Shown: piece by piece, positions 10,194 to 18,952 of the stretch | How positions within the stretch are numbered: the stretch's first letter is position 1 | Layout: each line of letters starts with the position of its first letter | DNA from: an uncultured Gammaproteobacteria bacterium | Lineage (GTDB): Bacteria; Patescibacteriota; Patescibacteriia; UBA9934; GWF2-40-263 | Direction of reading: 5' to 3' | DNA length: 38,155 nt | Assembly: GCA_964374035.1 (NCBI GenBank) | Contig: CAYJWY010000006.1 | Span: forward strand, 1-38,155 | The notes under the pieces: generated by a model | Database searches by the model: none | What the model was told of the DNA's origin: nothing | Seen by the model: only the letters and a program-made list of their open reading frames with translations | Translations under genes and position numbers: made by a program

Positions 10194-11534
10194 ATGTCAT
10201 TTTCAAAAATCACCCAACCGATCCTCATCCTCGTCCTCATGGGTGGTTTTTTTTTATATTCGCACGGCGTGGACGCGGCAACGTGCGCATGCTACTTCTC
10301 GCCGGATAACAACTGTGCAGAGGTCTATGTCCCAGACCGAGCATCCCAAAGCGATTGCAAAGAAACATGCAAGAATGCCATTGGCAACAAGGTTCTTCAT
10401 GAAGAATTTTCGGAAACTACAGGAGATGAAAACATCTCATTTGCGTGCGAAATCGCCGCAAACAAGGCACAAACAAAGAAACTCAATGAAACAAACAACG
10501 CAAACACCGACGCACTCAAAAGCGCAACCGCTCTTGAAACGTATGCACCTGATGTTAACGTCGAAATTCCAGGACTCATCTTTTCACCGGTAAAATTGGT
10601 CAAAAATCTCGTAACGGTAGGGTTCATCGGAGACTACATTTCCGTTGTCTACAACGTGCTCATTCCCATCGCAACCATTATTGCCATCATCATGATCATG
10701 ATCGGCGGATTGCAGTGGGCTTTTGGCGCTGTTTCCAAAGAACAAATAGCCGCGGCAAAAAAACGCATGATGAACGCCATAGCGGGATTGGTCTTGTTAC
10801 TGTGCACCTTTCTCATCTTGAAGCAAGTAAATCCTCAACTGGTGAGCTCGAATCCCTTACAATTTGAAGTGGTTCAACCTGTCGATTCACTCATTATTGA
10901 AGACAAAGAACCCTACACAGGGAGCGCAAAACCTATTAACGATACAACCTATGACGACACATTTAAGGCGTTTGCCAATTGTATCAAAATCGATTATCGC
11001 ATTCTTAAGGTGATCGCCTATAAAGAATCTGGATTGAATCCAACCATCAAAAATAGCATTGGATTCACCGGACTTTTTCAAACAAAAGAACCAAATTGTA
11101 GAGATGCCCTGAAACGTTATCCGGCCTGGGCAGGCAAGTGTAATGATCTTACCAATGTCCAAGTGAATACAGCAGTTGGAACCATGCTTGCAAGAAGTAG
11201 TTTCCGAGTCATTGAAAATGCGTGCGGTGCAATGTTAAATGCACAAGACACCATGACCCTCATCTATCTGGGTCATAATAGTGGCCCAGGTTCTGTATCC
11301 TACATCTTGAACAACGGCGGATGCGCAGGAGGAGATGCGATAAGAAAAGGCATCATCAATTTCTGGAATCAACACAAAGGTGGAAAATTTAAAGGCAAAG
11401 AACTTGGAGAAAAGCGCTATCCATTTGCCAAGAGGGTTGGCGATCTTGTTCTCGCACAAGGGGTGTCAAACTTCGCAGATGTTCGACAAAATGGGCCGGC
11501 CACCTGCCCCTTGAACGGCGCACCCAATTTTTAA
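10194..11534 (+). CDS. Cys-rich / pilin-like TM hairpin / lytic transglycosylase (SLT) fusion protein
   Basis: Signal peptide, then AATCACYF..C domain. Pilin-like IMIGGLQW...AKKRMMNAIAGLVLL...VNPQL hairpin. SLT motifs IAYKESGLNP, GLFQ and GHNSGPG. Confidence 0.75.
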   Translation: MSFSKITQPILILVLMGGFFLYSHGVDAATCACYFSPDNNCAEVYVPDRASQSDCKETCKNAIGNKVLHEEFSETTGDENISFACEIAANKAQTKKLNETNNANTDALKSATALETYAPDVNVEIPGLIFSPVKLVKNLVTVGFIGDYISVVYNVLIPIATIIAIIMIMIGGLQWAFGAVSKEQIAAAKKRMMNAIAGLVLLLCTFLILKQVNPQLVSSNPLQFEVVQPVDSLIIEDKEPYTGSAKPINDTTYDDTFKAFANCIKIDYRILKVIAYKESGLNPTIKNSIGFTGLFQTKEPNCRDALKRYPAWAGKCNDLTNVQVNTAVGTMLARSSFRVIENACGAMLNAQDTMTLIYLGHNSGPGSVSYILNNGGCAGGDAIRKGIINFWNQHKGGKFKGKELGEKRYPFAKRVGDLVLAQGVSNFADVRQNGPATCPLNGAPNF

Positions 11535-11555
11535 AAAAGGCCATACACGCACACC

Positions 11556-12908
11556 ATGAGGCGACTCACCTTCCATCTTTTGCTCACCTGCCTCGTCTTT
11601 TTTGGAGTGAGTTTTTTGACTTCTGCCGTCTACGCGGCAACGTGTGCTTGTTATTTCGGTGAGCAGAGCAGTTGCTCGGAAGTGTATGTTGCAGATCGAA
11701 GCACAGACGCGGATTGCAAAAAACAATGTGAAAAATCCTTTCCAAAGGCTCTTCGCTCCTACACCTTTGATAATGGCGAAGGCTATGTTGGAGGTGGACA
11801 AGTGGGATTTGACTGTGAAGCGGCGAGAAATGCCGCCCTTGCCGCACACGCACGTGCAAATCCTGCACCGGCTCCATCGCCAACTTCGACAGATCTCGTT
11901 TTTGCAAAACCCGTACTCAACATTGATATCCCAACCGTTTCTTTTTCTGCTCCGAAACAAGTCGGTGAATTTGTTGAGTCATCGATCATAGGTGAATACA
12001 TTGCCGGACTCTACAAATATCTCATCACCATCGCCGTTGTGATCTCGATGGTCATGATCATGATTGGCGGACTGCAATACGCGCTTGGAGGTATTAACCA
12101 GGAACAAAAGAGCAAAGGGAAAGATCGCATAAAAAATGGGGTGACCGGACTGATCCTTTTGCTTACAACCTATCTCATTCTCTTCACGATCAATCCACAA
12201 CTATTACGCAACACCGTGATTCAATTGCCCGATGTCGAGTCTGTCGATCTTCCAGCGGAGAATGATCCAGGAGATATCGACTTCGCAGGTGACGCGTTGT
12301 GTAAAACTCATAAAGAATGCGAAATCTGGTGCAGTGAAAATCCTGATCCAACGCTGTGGCCAACAAAAAACGATAAAACGATTGACCCAAGAGAGACGCA
12401 ACCCGTTGCGACCTCGCCCGGGATCATCGGAAACAGCCAGGTTAGGATTACAGCGGAGATGGCCACAGCTCTCAAACGAGCCGGTTCCATCGCGGTGAAC
12501 AAAAATGACGATCTCTCGATTTTTGTCTCGAGCGGATTTCGATCACTCAAGAGGCAAATTGAAAATGTCTGCCCACGCTACAAGGAAACTGATCCGGTCA
12601 AACGAGCGGAAAAAATTAAGGCCATTGGAAGTGACGTCGCGTTTCCTGGTGCCTCAAACCACGGTTCTGGAAATGCGATCGATGTTGTTCTCAGGGAAGA
12701 TGGAGAGGATATTACAACCTGTTGCAGTACAAAAACACAAAACAATACACAGTGGAAAGCTGGTGCACAGCTTCTGGCGGAGATTATGGCAGAGGCCGGA
12801 ATGGTTCGTTATAACAAAGAAATCTGGCACTTTGAGTTGGAGGGGAAAACCGGGGGCGGATGTCGATGCAAGGGATCGGCATGTCCATTTCCTGCCAATA
12901 CCTGTTAA
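11556..12908 (+). CDS. Cys-rich / pilin-like TM hairpin / M15 (VanY-like) peptidase fusion protein
   Basis: Same N-terminal AATCACYF domain and pilin hairpin (IMIGGLQY...KDRIKNGVTGLILL...INPQL). M15 motifs SGFRS, SNHGSGNAID (SxHxxGxAxD) and EIWH (ExxH). Confidence 0.78.
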   Translation: MRRLTFHLLLTCLVFFGVSFLTSAVYAATCACYFGEQSSCSEVYVADRSTDADCKKQCEKSFPKALRSYTFDNGEGYVGGGQVGFDCEAARNAALAAHARANPAPAPSPTSTDLVFAKPVLNIDIPTVSFSAPKQVGEFVESSIIGEYIAGLYKYLITIAVVISMVMIMIGGLQYALGGINQEQKSKGKDRIKNGVTGLILLLTTYLILFTINPQLLRNTVIQLPDVESVDLPAENDPGDIDFAGDALCKTHKECEIWCSENPDPTLWPTKNDKTIDPRETQPVATSPGIIGNSQVRITAEMATALKRAGSIAVNKNDDLSIFVSSGFRSLKRQIENVCPRYKETDPVKRAEKIKAIGSDVAFPGASNHGSGNAIDVVLREDGEDITTCCSTKTQNNTQWKAGAQLLAEIMAEAGMVRYNKEIWHFELEGKTGGGCRCKGSACPFPANTC

Positions 12909-12927
12909 AAAATCTCTCAACATCTCT

Positions 12928-14217
12928 ATGTTCCTGTGTACACACTGCGATGCACAATCACTGAAGTGGTCCGGCCGCTGTCTCACCTGTGGCAAGTGGG
13001 GCACCCTGCAAGAAGATGAGACCGCTGTGAAGGGATCTTCTCTTGAGATTTCGGAGTCTACGGTTGCGGCGGCCAGCACACCACTGACATCAACGATGGC
13101 ACAGAATGAACTTGAACGTATCCAAACAGGCGATCCGGAAGTGGATCGTGTGCTTGGCAATGGCATTGTGAAGGGATCGGTCTTGCTCATTTCGGGAGAA
13201 CCCGGCATTGGCAAATCAACATTGATCGCGCAGATGACATCGAACATTGCTCCCCATTGCGCCCTGTATATTTCAGGTGAAGAATCATTGCCACAGTTGA
13301 AGGCACGCTTCGATCGACTCAAAGCAGGCATGGATCATGTGCGTTATCTCGAAATGAAACCCGTCGAGACGCTCGTTGCAACAATCGAAAAAGAGCATCC
13401 CGACCTCGTTGTGATCGATTCGATCCAAACCGTGAGCGCCTCATCGATCGACGGGGGACCCGGAACACCAACGACTGTTCGTTACGCAACGTCCCTCTTT
13501 ATGGATCTTGCAAAACGCACGGGGATCTCGATCGTGCTCATCGGACAAGTCACAAAAGACGGAAACGTTGCGGGACCGAAAACGCTTGAACATCTCGTCG
13601 ATGTTGTTTTGTCACTCGAGGGCGACAGTGCACACGCGTATCGCCTCTTGATTGGAAAAAAGAATCGCTTCGGATCGACAGACGAAATTGGCGTGTTCGA
13701 AATGACAGAACGCGGCATGGTCGCAGTTGAACATCCATCGGAAAAATTTCTCGAGGAACGCGCGAATGTTCCAGGCTCGGTCATTACCGCCACCGTCGAG
13801 GGCTCACGTGTGTTTCTAATCGAGGTACAAGCGCTTGTTGAGAAGTCTGTGTTTGGCATGCCAATTCGACGCGCATCCGGATTCGATCAAAATAGATTGC
13901 AAATGCTTGTTGCCATACTTTCAAAACGTGCCGGTCTCAACCTCGGCGAAAAAGATATTTATCTCAACGTCATCGGCGGAATGAAGCTGACCGAGCCCGC
14001 GAATGATCTTGCGGTGTGTGGAGCGATCGTGAGCGCAGACCTGAACAAATCCTGTGCTCAAGCAACCGTATTCTTTGGCGAAGTTGGGCTGGGTGGTGAA
14101 GTGAGGTCAGTGCCGCTTTCGGAAAAAAGAAATCAAGAAGCAAAGAGAATGGGGATGATGGCGATTGAAACGTGCAAGACCGTGAAACGTGTTGATGCCT
14201 TAAAAGCATTATTTTGA
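12928..14217 (+). CDS. radA: DNA repair protein RadA/Sms
   Basis: Start moved to ATG 12928. Zn finger CTHC...WSGRCLTC, Walker A GEPGIGKST, KNRFG motif and Lon-like C-terminus. Confidence 0.95.
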   Translation: MFLCTHCDAQSLKWSGRCLTCGKWGTLQEDETAVKGSSLEISESTVAAASTPLTSTMAQNELERIQTGDPEVDRVLGNGIVKGSVLLISGEPGIGKSTLIAQMTSNIAPHCALYISGEESLPQLKARFDRLKAGMDHVRYLEMKPVETLVATIEKEHPDLVVIDSIQTVSASSIDGGPGTPTTVRYATSLFMDLAKRTGISIVLIGQVTKDGNVAGPKTLEHLVDVVLSLEGDSAHAYRLLIGKKNRFGSTDEIGVFEMTERGMVAVEHPSEKFLEERANVPGSVITATVEGSRVFLIEVQALVEKSVFGMPIRRASGFDQNRLQMLVAILSKRAGLNLGEKDIYLNVIGGMKLTEPANDLAVCGAIVSADLNKSCAQATVFFGEVGLGGEVRSVPLSEKRNQEAKRMGMMAIETCKTVKRVDALKALF

Positions 14218-14268
14218 TCTTTTTCCACCGTGCTGTTAGCGTAGAGCTTCATTCTGCAATTTCATCCT

Positions 14269-14814
14269 ATGGCCTATTATTATTCTCCATTTAGAAAATC
14301 CTACAAAAAACAATCAAGCGATTGTCCATTTTGTCATGTGGCAACGATGAAAAAACAAGGAATTCGAAAGAAAAAAAATGTCTATGTTGAAAATGATTCC
14401 TATCGTTGGGTCGTCAACTGGTACCCAAAATTTGAAGGACATACGCTCATTGTACCAAAACGTCACATCACAACTTTCGGCGAAGAAACACCAAAAGAGC
14501 TATCGGATCGTGAAGAGCTTATCGCCTATGGTGCCAACATCTTAAAAAAAATGATTCCCACATGTGGTGTTGAACTTTTTTTGCAAACAGGTTTGGGCTC
14601 CGCATCAAGCATTGATCATTTCCATTGGCATCTCGTTCCAGCCATGCCGGACGATCCTCTAAGAAGTCTTGACAAAATGGGTCAGTTCTATACCGTAGAA
14701 CCTGGCAAGGAACGTTTACTGCTTTTTCCAATAAAAATAAGATGGTCGCCAAACCAACTTCTGAAAAAACTTTCAACATGCACGTCGATGCGCCGTTCAA
14801 AAAGGAGAGTCTGA
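14269..14814 (+). CDS. HIT family nucleotide hydrolase
   Basis: CPFC, GHTLIVPKRH and histidine triad HFHWH. Confidence 0.85.
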   Translation: MAYYYSPFRKSYKKQSSDCPFCHVATMKKQGIRKKKNVYVENDSYRWVVNWYPKFEGHTLIVPKRHITTFGEETPKELSDREELIAYGANILKKMIPTCGVELFLQTGLGSASSIDHFHWHLVPAMPDDPLRSLDKMGQFYTVEPGKERLLLFPIKIRWSPNQLLKKLSTCTSMRRSKRRV

Positions 14815-15543
14815 ATGAAAGCCGTTGTGATGGCCGGAGGTCTTGGGACGCGTCTCTATCCGCTGACCACCTCGGTCAACAAACATCTGCTGGCAGTCTA
14901 CGACCGACCCATGATCCAACGAAACATTGAGCTGATCGTTGCCTCGGGTCTTCGAGAGATCCTCGTGCTCATGAACCATGCGTATGCACAACCGATCATG
15001 GAAATCCTTGAGCATGGTGAAAAATTTGGTGCAAACATTCTCTACGGCTATCAACGTGAAGTGACAAGCGTTGGCAAACATCTGGAAACCGCAAGATCAT
15101 TTGTTGACAACGCATCCTTCCTGCTGTTGCTGGGTGACAGTTTCTACACATCCCCGCTCAATCTCGCTGGCATTCACGCCCCACACATGTGGGTCATGCG
15201 ACTTGGCAAGGACGATGACATTCGCAAGTATGCGGAGGTGAAACTTTCCTCGGACGGTTCTCGCGTCGTAGACATGACACAAAAACCAACCGTGAAAAAA
15301 AGCGGTGTGATCCAAACGGGTGCGTGGATCTTTCCTCCGGACGTCTTTGACCTTGCAAATCGCTTGGTGTGCGCAACGCAGGAAGAAGTTCAGATAAGAA
15401 CGATCTGCGCAGAGTATATTCGAGAAGGTCGGATGACGGCAACCATGCTTCCTGCCAAATCCTTTCTAGACCTTGGAACGCCTGAAGCGTTGTTTCAAGG
15501 AAACCTACGAGCCCGCGCACAGAGCGTAAACAAAAAGAAATAG
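14815..15543 (+). CDS. Sugar-phosphate nucleotidyltransferase (RmlA/glucose-1-P thymidylyltransferase-like)
   Basis: MAGGLGTRLYPLT..NK signature, LLGD, QKP and DLGT. Confidence 0.85.
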   Translation: MKAVVMAGGLGTRLYPLTTSVNKHLLAVYDRPMIQRNIELIVASGLREILVLMNHAYAQPIMEILEHGEKFGANILYGYQREVTSVGKHLETARSFVDNASFLLLLGDSFYTSPLNLAGIHAPHMWVMRLGKDDDIRKYAEVKLSSDGSRVVDMTQKPTVKKSGVIQTGAWIFPPDVFDLANRLVCATQEEVQIRTICAEYIREGRMTATMLPAKSFLDLGTPEALFQGNLRARAQSVNKKK

Positions 15544-15558
15544 ACTCATGATACTCAC

Positions 15559-15590
15559 TGTGTCTCCGTACTCTCGGGACACATTTTTTT
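15559..15590 (+). terminator. Probable intrinsic terminator
   Basis: Bulged stem TGTGTC(T)CCG / CGGGACACA followed by T7, just after the nucleotidyltransferase stop. Confidence 0.6.
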
Positions 15591-15627
15591 ATCCGTTTAT
15601 GCGCAGACGAGAGCGTCGACACAAGAT

Positions 15628-17670
15628 CTATTCCAAATGTACCGAATCGTTCACCGAGCGTATCATGTCACGAATTAAGGGATGCGATTGAAGGCTCTCG
15701 TCCTTTTGCAAAAGCTGAGCGGCGTGGTCGCGCGCTTTTTTCATCAATTCAACATCAGCGGGAGTTGCTAGTTGGAAGTCGGGAAAACCCGACTGCGCGT
15801 CGCCAAAGACGTTGCCGGGGCCACGAAATTGTAAATCTTTCTCAGCAAGCTCGAAGCCATTCGCGGTCGATTCCAACGCTTGCAGTCGCTCAAGCGTCGA
15901 ACCAAACACGGGCCCAGGCAACAGATAACAATACGATTGATAGTCGGATCGTCCAACGCGTCCACGCAACTGGTGAAGCTGGGCAAGACCGAATCGCTCA
16001 GCGCCGAAGATGACCATCACGGACGCGTTTGGAATATCAACGCCAACTTCGACCACGGTCGTTGCCACGAGAACCTGAACCTCGCCCGATCGGAATCGTT
16101 CCATAATCGTCTCCTTCTCGTCGGCCTTGAGCTTGCCGTGAAGAATCTCCATCGTACACGCTTTCAGTGGACCAGCCTTGAGGTCTTTTTTCGTTTGGAC
16201 CACGGAATCGCTTCCTGTTGCGTCCGACGGATCGATGAGCGGACACACAACGAAGACTTGTCGACCGCTCAAAACCTGCTCGAGCACATGCTTCCACATT
16301 CCCTCACGCTGATCCACAGGAACAACCGCAGTCGCGACTTGTTTTCGACCAACGGGAAGTTCGTCGAGAATGGAGAGATCGAGGTCGCCGTACAGCGTGA
16401 GCGCGAGCGATCGGGGAATCGGTGTAGCACTCATCGAAAGCAAGTGCGGCGCCTGCTCCCCTTGTCGTTGAAGGAGCGCATGACGTTGCTTCACCCCGAA
16501 GCGATGTTGCTCGTCGACAATGACAAGCGCGAGGTTTGTGGTCGTAAACGCATCTTGCAGGAGCGTGTGCGTACCAACAATGCACGAAGCTGTTCCCTGC
16601 TCGACCTCGTCTCGCGAAACAGATTCAAGTCCAATGCGCGCGCGAGAACGTGTCAGCAAGCCAATCGTCTGAGACGGAAGAAATTTCTGCAACGCGCGCT
16701 GTTGCTGATCGGCAAGCAGTTCTGTCGGTGCAAGATAGAGCACGCGATGTCCCTCCTCGAGCACACGACTGATCGCCATCGCGGCGACAACCGTCTTACC
16801 AGAACCAACATCTCCTTCAAGCAAACGATTCATGGGAATATCTTTTTCAAGATCCTGCACCACTTCCCAACACGCTTTGCGTTGCGCTTGCGTGAGTTGA
16901 AACGGAAGATGCGAAACGAATCGCTTGAGCGAGTCCTCATTGATCGGAACCGAAAAAGATGAACGCTTCTTGCGATCGCGACGAACTTGTGCAAACAACA
17001 TCTGATGAAGAAAAAGTTCGTTGAACTTGAGCCGTTCGATGGAACGATCGAGCGATACGCGATCGACCGGAACGTGCACGGACGTGATCGCCTCAACGTA
17101 ACTGGGAAATTGCTCCTGCTCGATCACGTCGACAGGAAGCCAGTCGACAAGTTCATTGGCCGCGGGAAGTGCCGACGCAATCGCACTGCGCAGTCGCCCC
17201 ATGGTGAGTGAGCCCGAGAGTCCGTACACCGGAATCAAACGACCTGTAAGCACATGCTCACCCTCGGGTTCCCAAACCGGACTCGCAAGCGTGCGTCCAA
17301 ACTTCGTGTCGATACGACCAGCAAGCGAAATGCGTCGACCGACTCGAAGCGTCTTGGTTAGCCACGGCTGATTGAACCAAACAACGTTAATCTCGCCCGT
17401 CTCATCCGAAACAATCGCCTCAATCAACATCATCTTCTTGTTACGACTCGCCGGGCGCGCTTCGATCGCATCGATCCGTCCCGCGATCGTAACCACATCG
17501 TCCGCCTTAAGATCGCGGATATCTTTTGTCGTCGAGTAATCGTCGTAGCGAAATGGAACATACGACAACAAGTCGCGAATAGAGGCGATGCCAAGCGATC
17601 GTAAATCAATGACGGCTTTGGCTCCGACTCCAGGCAACTCAGCAACAGATGAGTTCAGATGGATGGCCAT
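15628..17670 (-). CDS. recG: ATP-dependent DNA helicase RecG
   Basis: Start moved to ATG 17670. OB wedge, GDVGSGKT, DEQHRFG, SATPIPR and QLHQLRGRVGR. Confidence 0.97.
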   Translation of the reverse strand: MAIHLNSSVAELPGVGAKAVIDLRSLGIASIRDLLSYVPFRYDDYSTTKDIRDLKADDVVTIAGRIDAIEARPASRNKKMMLIEAIVSDETGEINVVWFNQPWLTKTLRVGRRISLAGRIDTKFGRTLASPVWEPEGEHVLTGRLIPVYGLSGSLTMGRLRSAIASALPAANELVDWLPVDVIEQEQFPSYVEAITSVHVPVDRVSLDRSIERLKFNELFLHQMLFAQVRRDRKKRSSFSVPINEDSLKRFVSHLPFQLTQAQRKACWEVVQDLEKDIPMNRLLEGDVGSGKTVVAAMAISRVLEEGHRVLYLAPTELLADQQQRALQKFLPSQTIGLLTRSRARIGLESVSRDEVEQGTASCIVGTHTLLQDAFTTTNLALVIVDEQHRFGVKQRHALLQRQGEQAPHLLSMSATPIPRSLALTLYGDLDLSILDELPVGRKQVATAVVPVDQREGMWKHVLEQVLSGRQVFVVCPLIDPSDATGSDSVVQTKKDLKAGPLKACTMEILHGKLKADEKETIMERFRSGEVQVLVATTVVEVGVDIPNASVMVIFGAERFGLAQLHQLRGRVGRSDYQSYCYLLPGPVFGSTLERLQALESTANGFELAEKDLQFRGPGNVFGDAQSGFPDFQLATPADVELMKKARDHAAQLLQKDESLQSHPLIRDMIRSVNDSVHLE

Positions 17671-17697
17671 ACGTTCGAAATGGTACGTTCGAAATGG
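17670..17697. repeat. 14-bp perfect tandem duplication (TACGTTCGAAATGG x2)
   Basis: 17670-17683 equals 17684-17697; the second copy overlaps the end of the 29-bp transposase-flanking motif. Confidence 0.85.
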
Positions 17698-17724
17698 GGT
17701 CAGGTCGGGATACGGGAATTTCAA

Positions 17725-18573
17725 TCATACCTTTGTTTGATTGCAAATTTTTCCAATCGTAGATCGATCGATTCCAAGCTGATTTGCAATTTCCGTTGTT
17801 AAGTAACCACATCGAAAACGAGCAAAAACAATCGCATTATTTCGCTGTTCAACCGTTTGTACATCTTCAAAAATCTCAAAAAGCGTTGGCCTGCCAACGA
17901 ATCGCTGATGTCTGGGAATCTCTTTCATCTCCTCTGATCCAACGGTTTTCTCCCAAAGATAACTGACAAACTGTGGGCTTCCTAGAATAAAACCATGTTG
18001 AAGTTCGTTGTACGGTGATTCGTTATCGATCCCCTCCTTCACAAATCGACGAAATTGTTTTTGCGCTGCTTGTTTCTCCTTTGAAAAAAAGCTCAACGTA
18101 AAATCTGTTTCGAGCCAAGACGGCTTTGCTCGATGGCCAGAGGTCGCGCGATAGCTACTCCATCGATATTCATGTGCTTGATCCACCATTTTTGCCTTTA
18201 CGGGATTATTCACAATGTATCTGGAAACCTCCAAAAGATAGTGTTCCTTTTCGATCACAAATGCCTTGTATCTCCCTTGCAACACATGACCAACACGTCG
18301 GTTGGTCGCATTAAACGCTTGCGTATAGTTTCCGTTAATATCTCGCATGCCTTTGGAAAGATTCCCGTCGGGTGTTTCAATGAGCAGATGGTAGTGATTG
18401 TCCATGAGACAATAGGCATGACAAATGAGATTGTGCAATTCGATACATGCTTTCAAATTTCGTAGGAAATTGTAGCGGTCATGATCCGTTAAAAATATCG
18501 GTTGCTGGGCATTCCCACGCGAGATCACATGATAAAGCGCCCCAGGATATTCAACTCTTAAAGGTCTAGCCAT
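17725..18573 (-). CDS. REP-associated tyrosine transposase (RAYT; IS200-like Y1 HUH) with C-terminal HTH
   Basis: Start at ATG 18573. MARPLRVEYPGALYHVISRGN, HUH motif NHYHLL, QGRYK, catalytic Tyr in YIVNNP, YRWSS and a C-terminal HTH. Confidence 0.9.
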   Translation of the reverse strand: MARPLRVEYPGALYHVISRGNAQQPIFLTDHDRYNFLRNLKACIELHNLICHAYCLMDNHYHLLIETPDGNLSKGMRDINGNYTQAFNATNRRVGHVLQGRYKAFVIEKEHYLLEVSRYIVNNPVKAKMVDQAHEYRWSSYRATSGHRAKPSWLETDFTLSFFSKEKQAAQKQFRRFVKEGIDNESPYNELQHGFILGSPQFVSYLWEKTVGSEEMKEIPRHQRFVGRPTLFEIFEDVQTVEQRNNAIVFARFRCGYLTTEIANQLGIDRSTIGKICNQTKV

Positions 18574-18580
18574 ATCCCAT

Positions 18581-18589
18581 AGTATAGCA
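18581..18589 (-). promoter_or_regulatory. Extended -10 promoter (TGCTATACT) for near-leaderless RAYT transcript
   Basis: TGnTATACT lies 7 nt upstream of the ATG; no SD; abuts the inverted motif. Confidence 0.5.
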
Positions 18590-18642
18590 AAATTCCCGTA
18601 TCCCGACCTGACCCCATTCCGCATTCCGTGCTCCATTCCGTG

Positions 18643-18940
18643 TGACCCCATTGCGTGCAACGAACGAAAAACACTTGAATTTGATTTCTCGCGCCGGGCT
18701 GGAGGGCGGAAAGCTCGCGAGCCGACCGTTCTGGTCGGTGAGTGAGTTTCCAACCGAAGCCCAAGCGAGAAATCAAATTTTGCAAAATTCCCGTATCCCG
18801 ACCTGACCCCATTGCGTGCAACGAACGAAAAACACTTGAATTTGATTTCTCGCGCCGGGCTGGAGGGCGGAAAGCTCGCGAGCCGACCGTTCTGGTCGGT
18901 GAGTGAGTTTCCAACCGAAGCCCAAGCGAGAAATCAAATT
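18643..18940. repeat. 137-bp perfect direct repeat (18643-18779 = 18804-18940; 161-bp offset)
   Basis: Base-by-base identity. The duplicated METHSPTRT... translations in the ORF track show the same repeat. Confidence 0.92.
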
Positions 18941-18952
18941 CAAGTGTTTTTC
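18827..18952. repeat. Long fold-back element A abutting the tRNA-Arg 3' end
   Basis: Perfect 27-bp arms (18827-18853 / 18926-18952) around a structured core. Confidence 0.85.

Larger units (their letters stand above)
17693..18618. mobile_element. RAYT/Y1-transposase element delimited by perfect 29-bp inverted motifs
   Basis: AATGGGGTCAGGTCGGGATACGGGAATTT (17693-17721) is the exact reverse complement of 18590-18618. A third copy is at 18785-18813. Confidence 0.8.

Noticed and set aside
12505..12927. 141-aa N-terminal extension of RadA
   Set aside because: It overlaps the M15 gene in another frame; the RadA Zn finger starts at ATG 12928.
15880..16962. 360-aa + strand ORF
   Set aside because: It is the antisense shadow of recG and has no recognisable motifs.
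18587..18952. CRISPR array
   Set aside because: There are only 2-3 motif copies, the intervening sequences are duplicates rather than unique spacers, and no cas genes are present.
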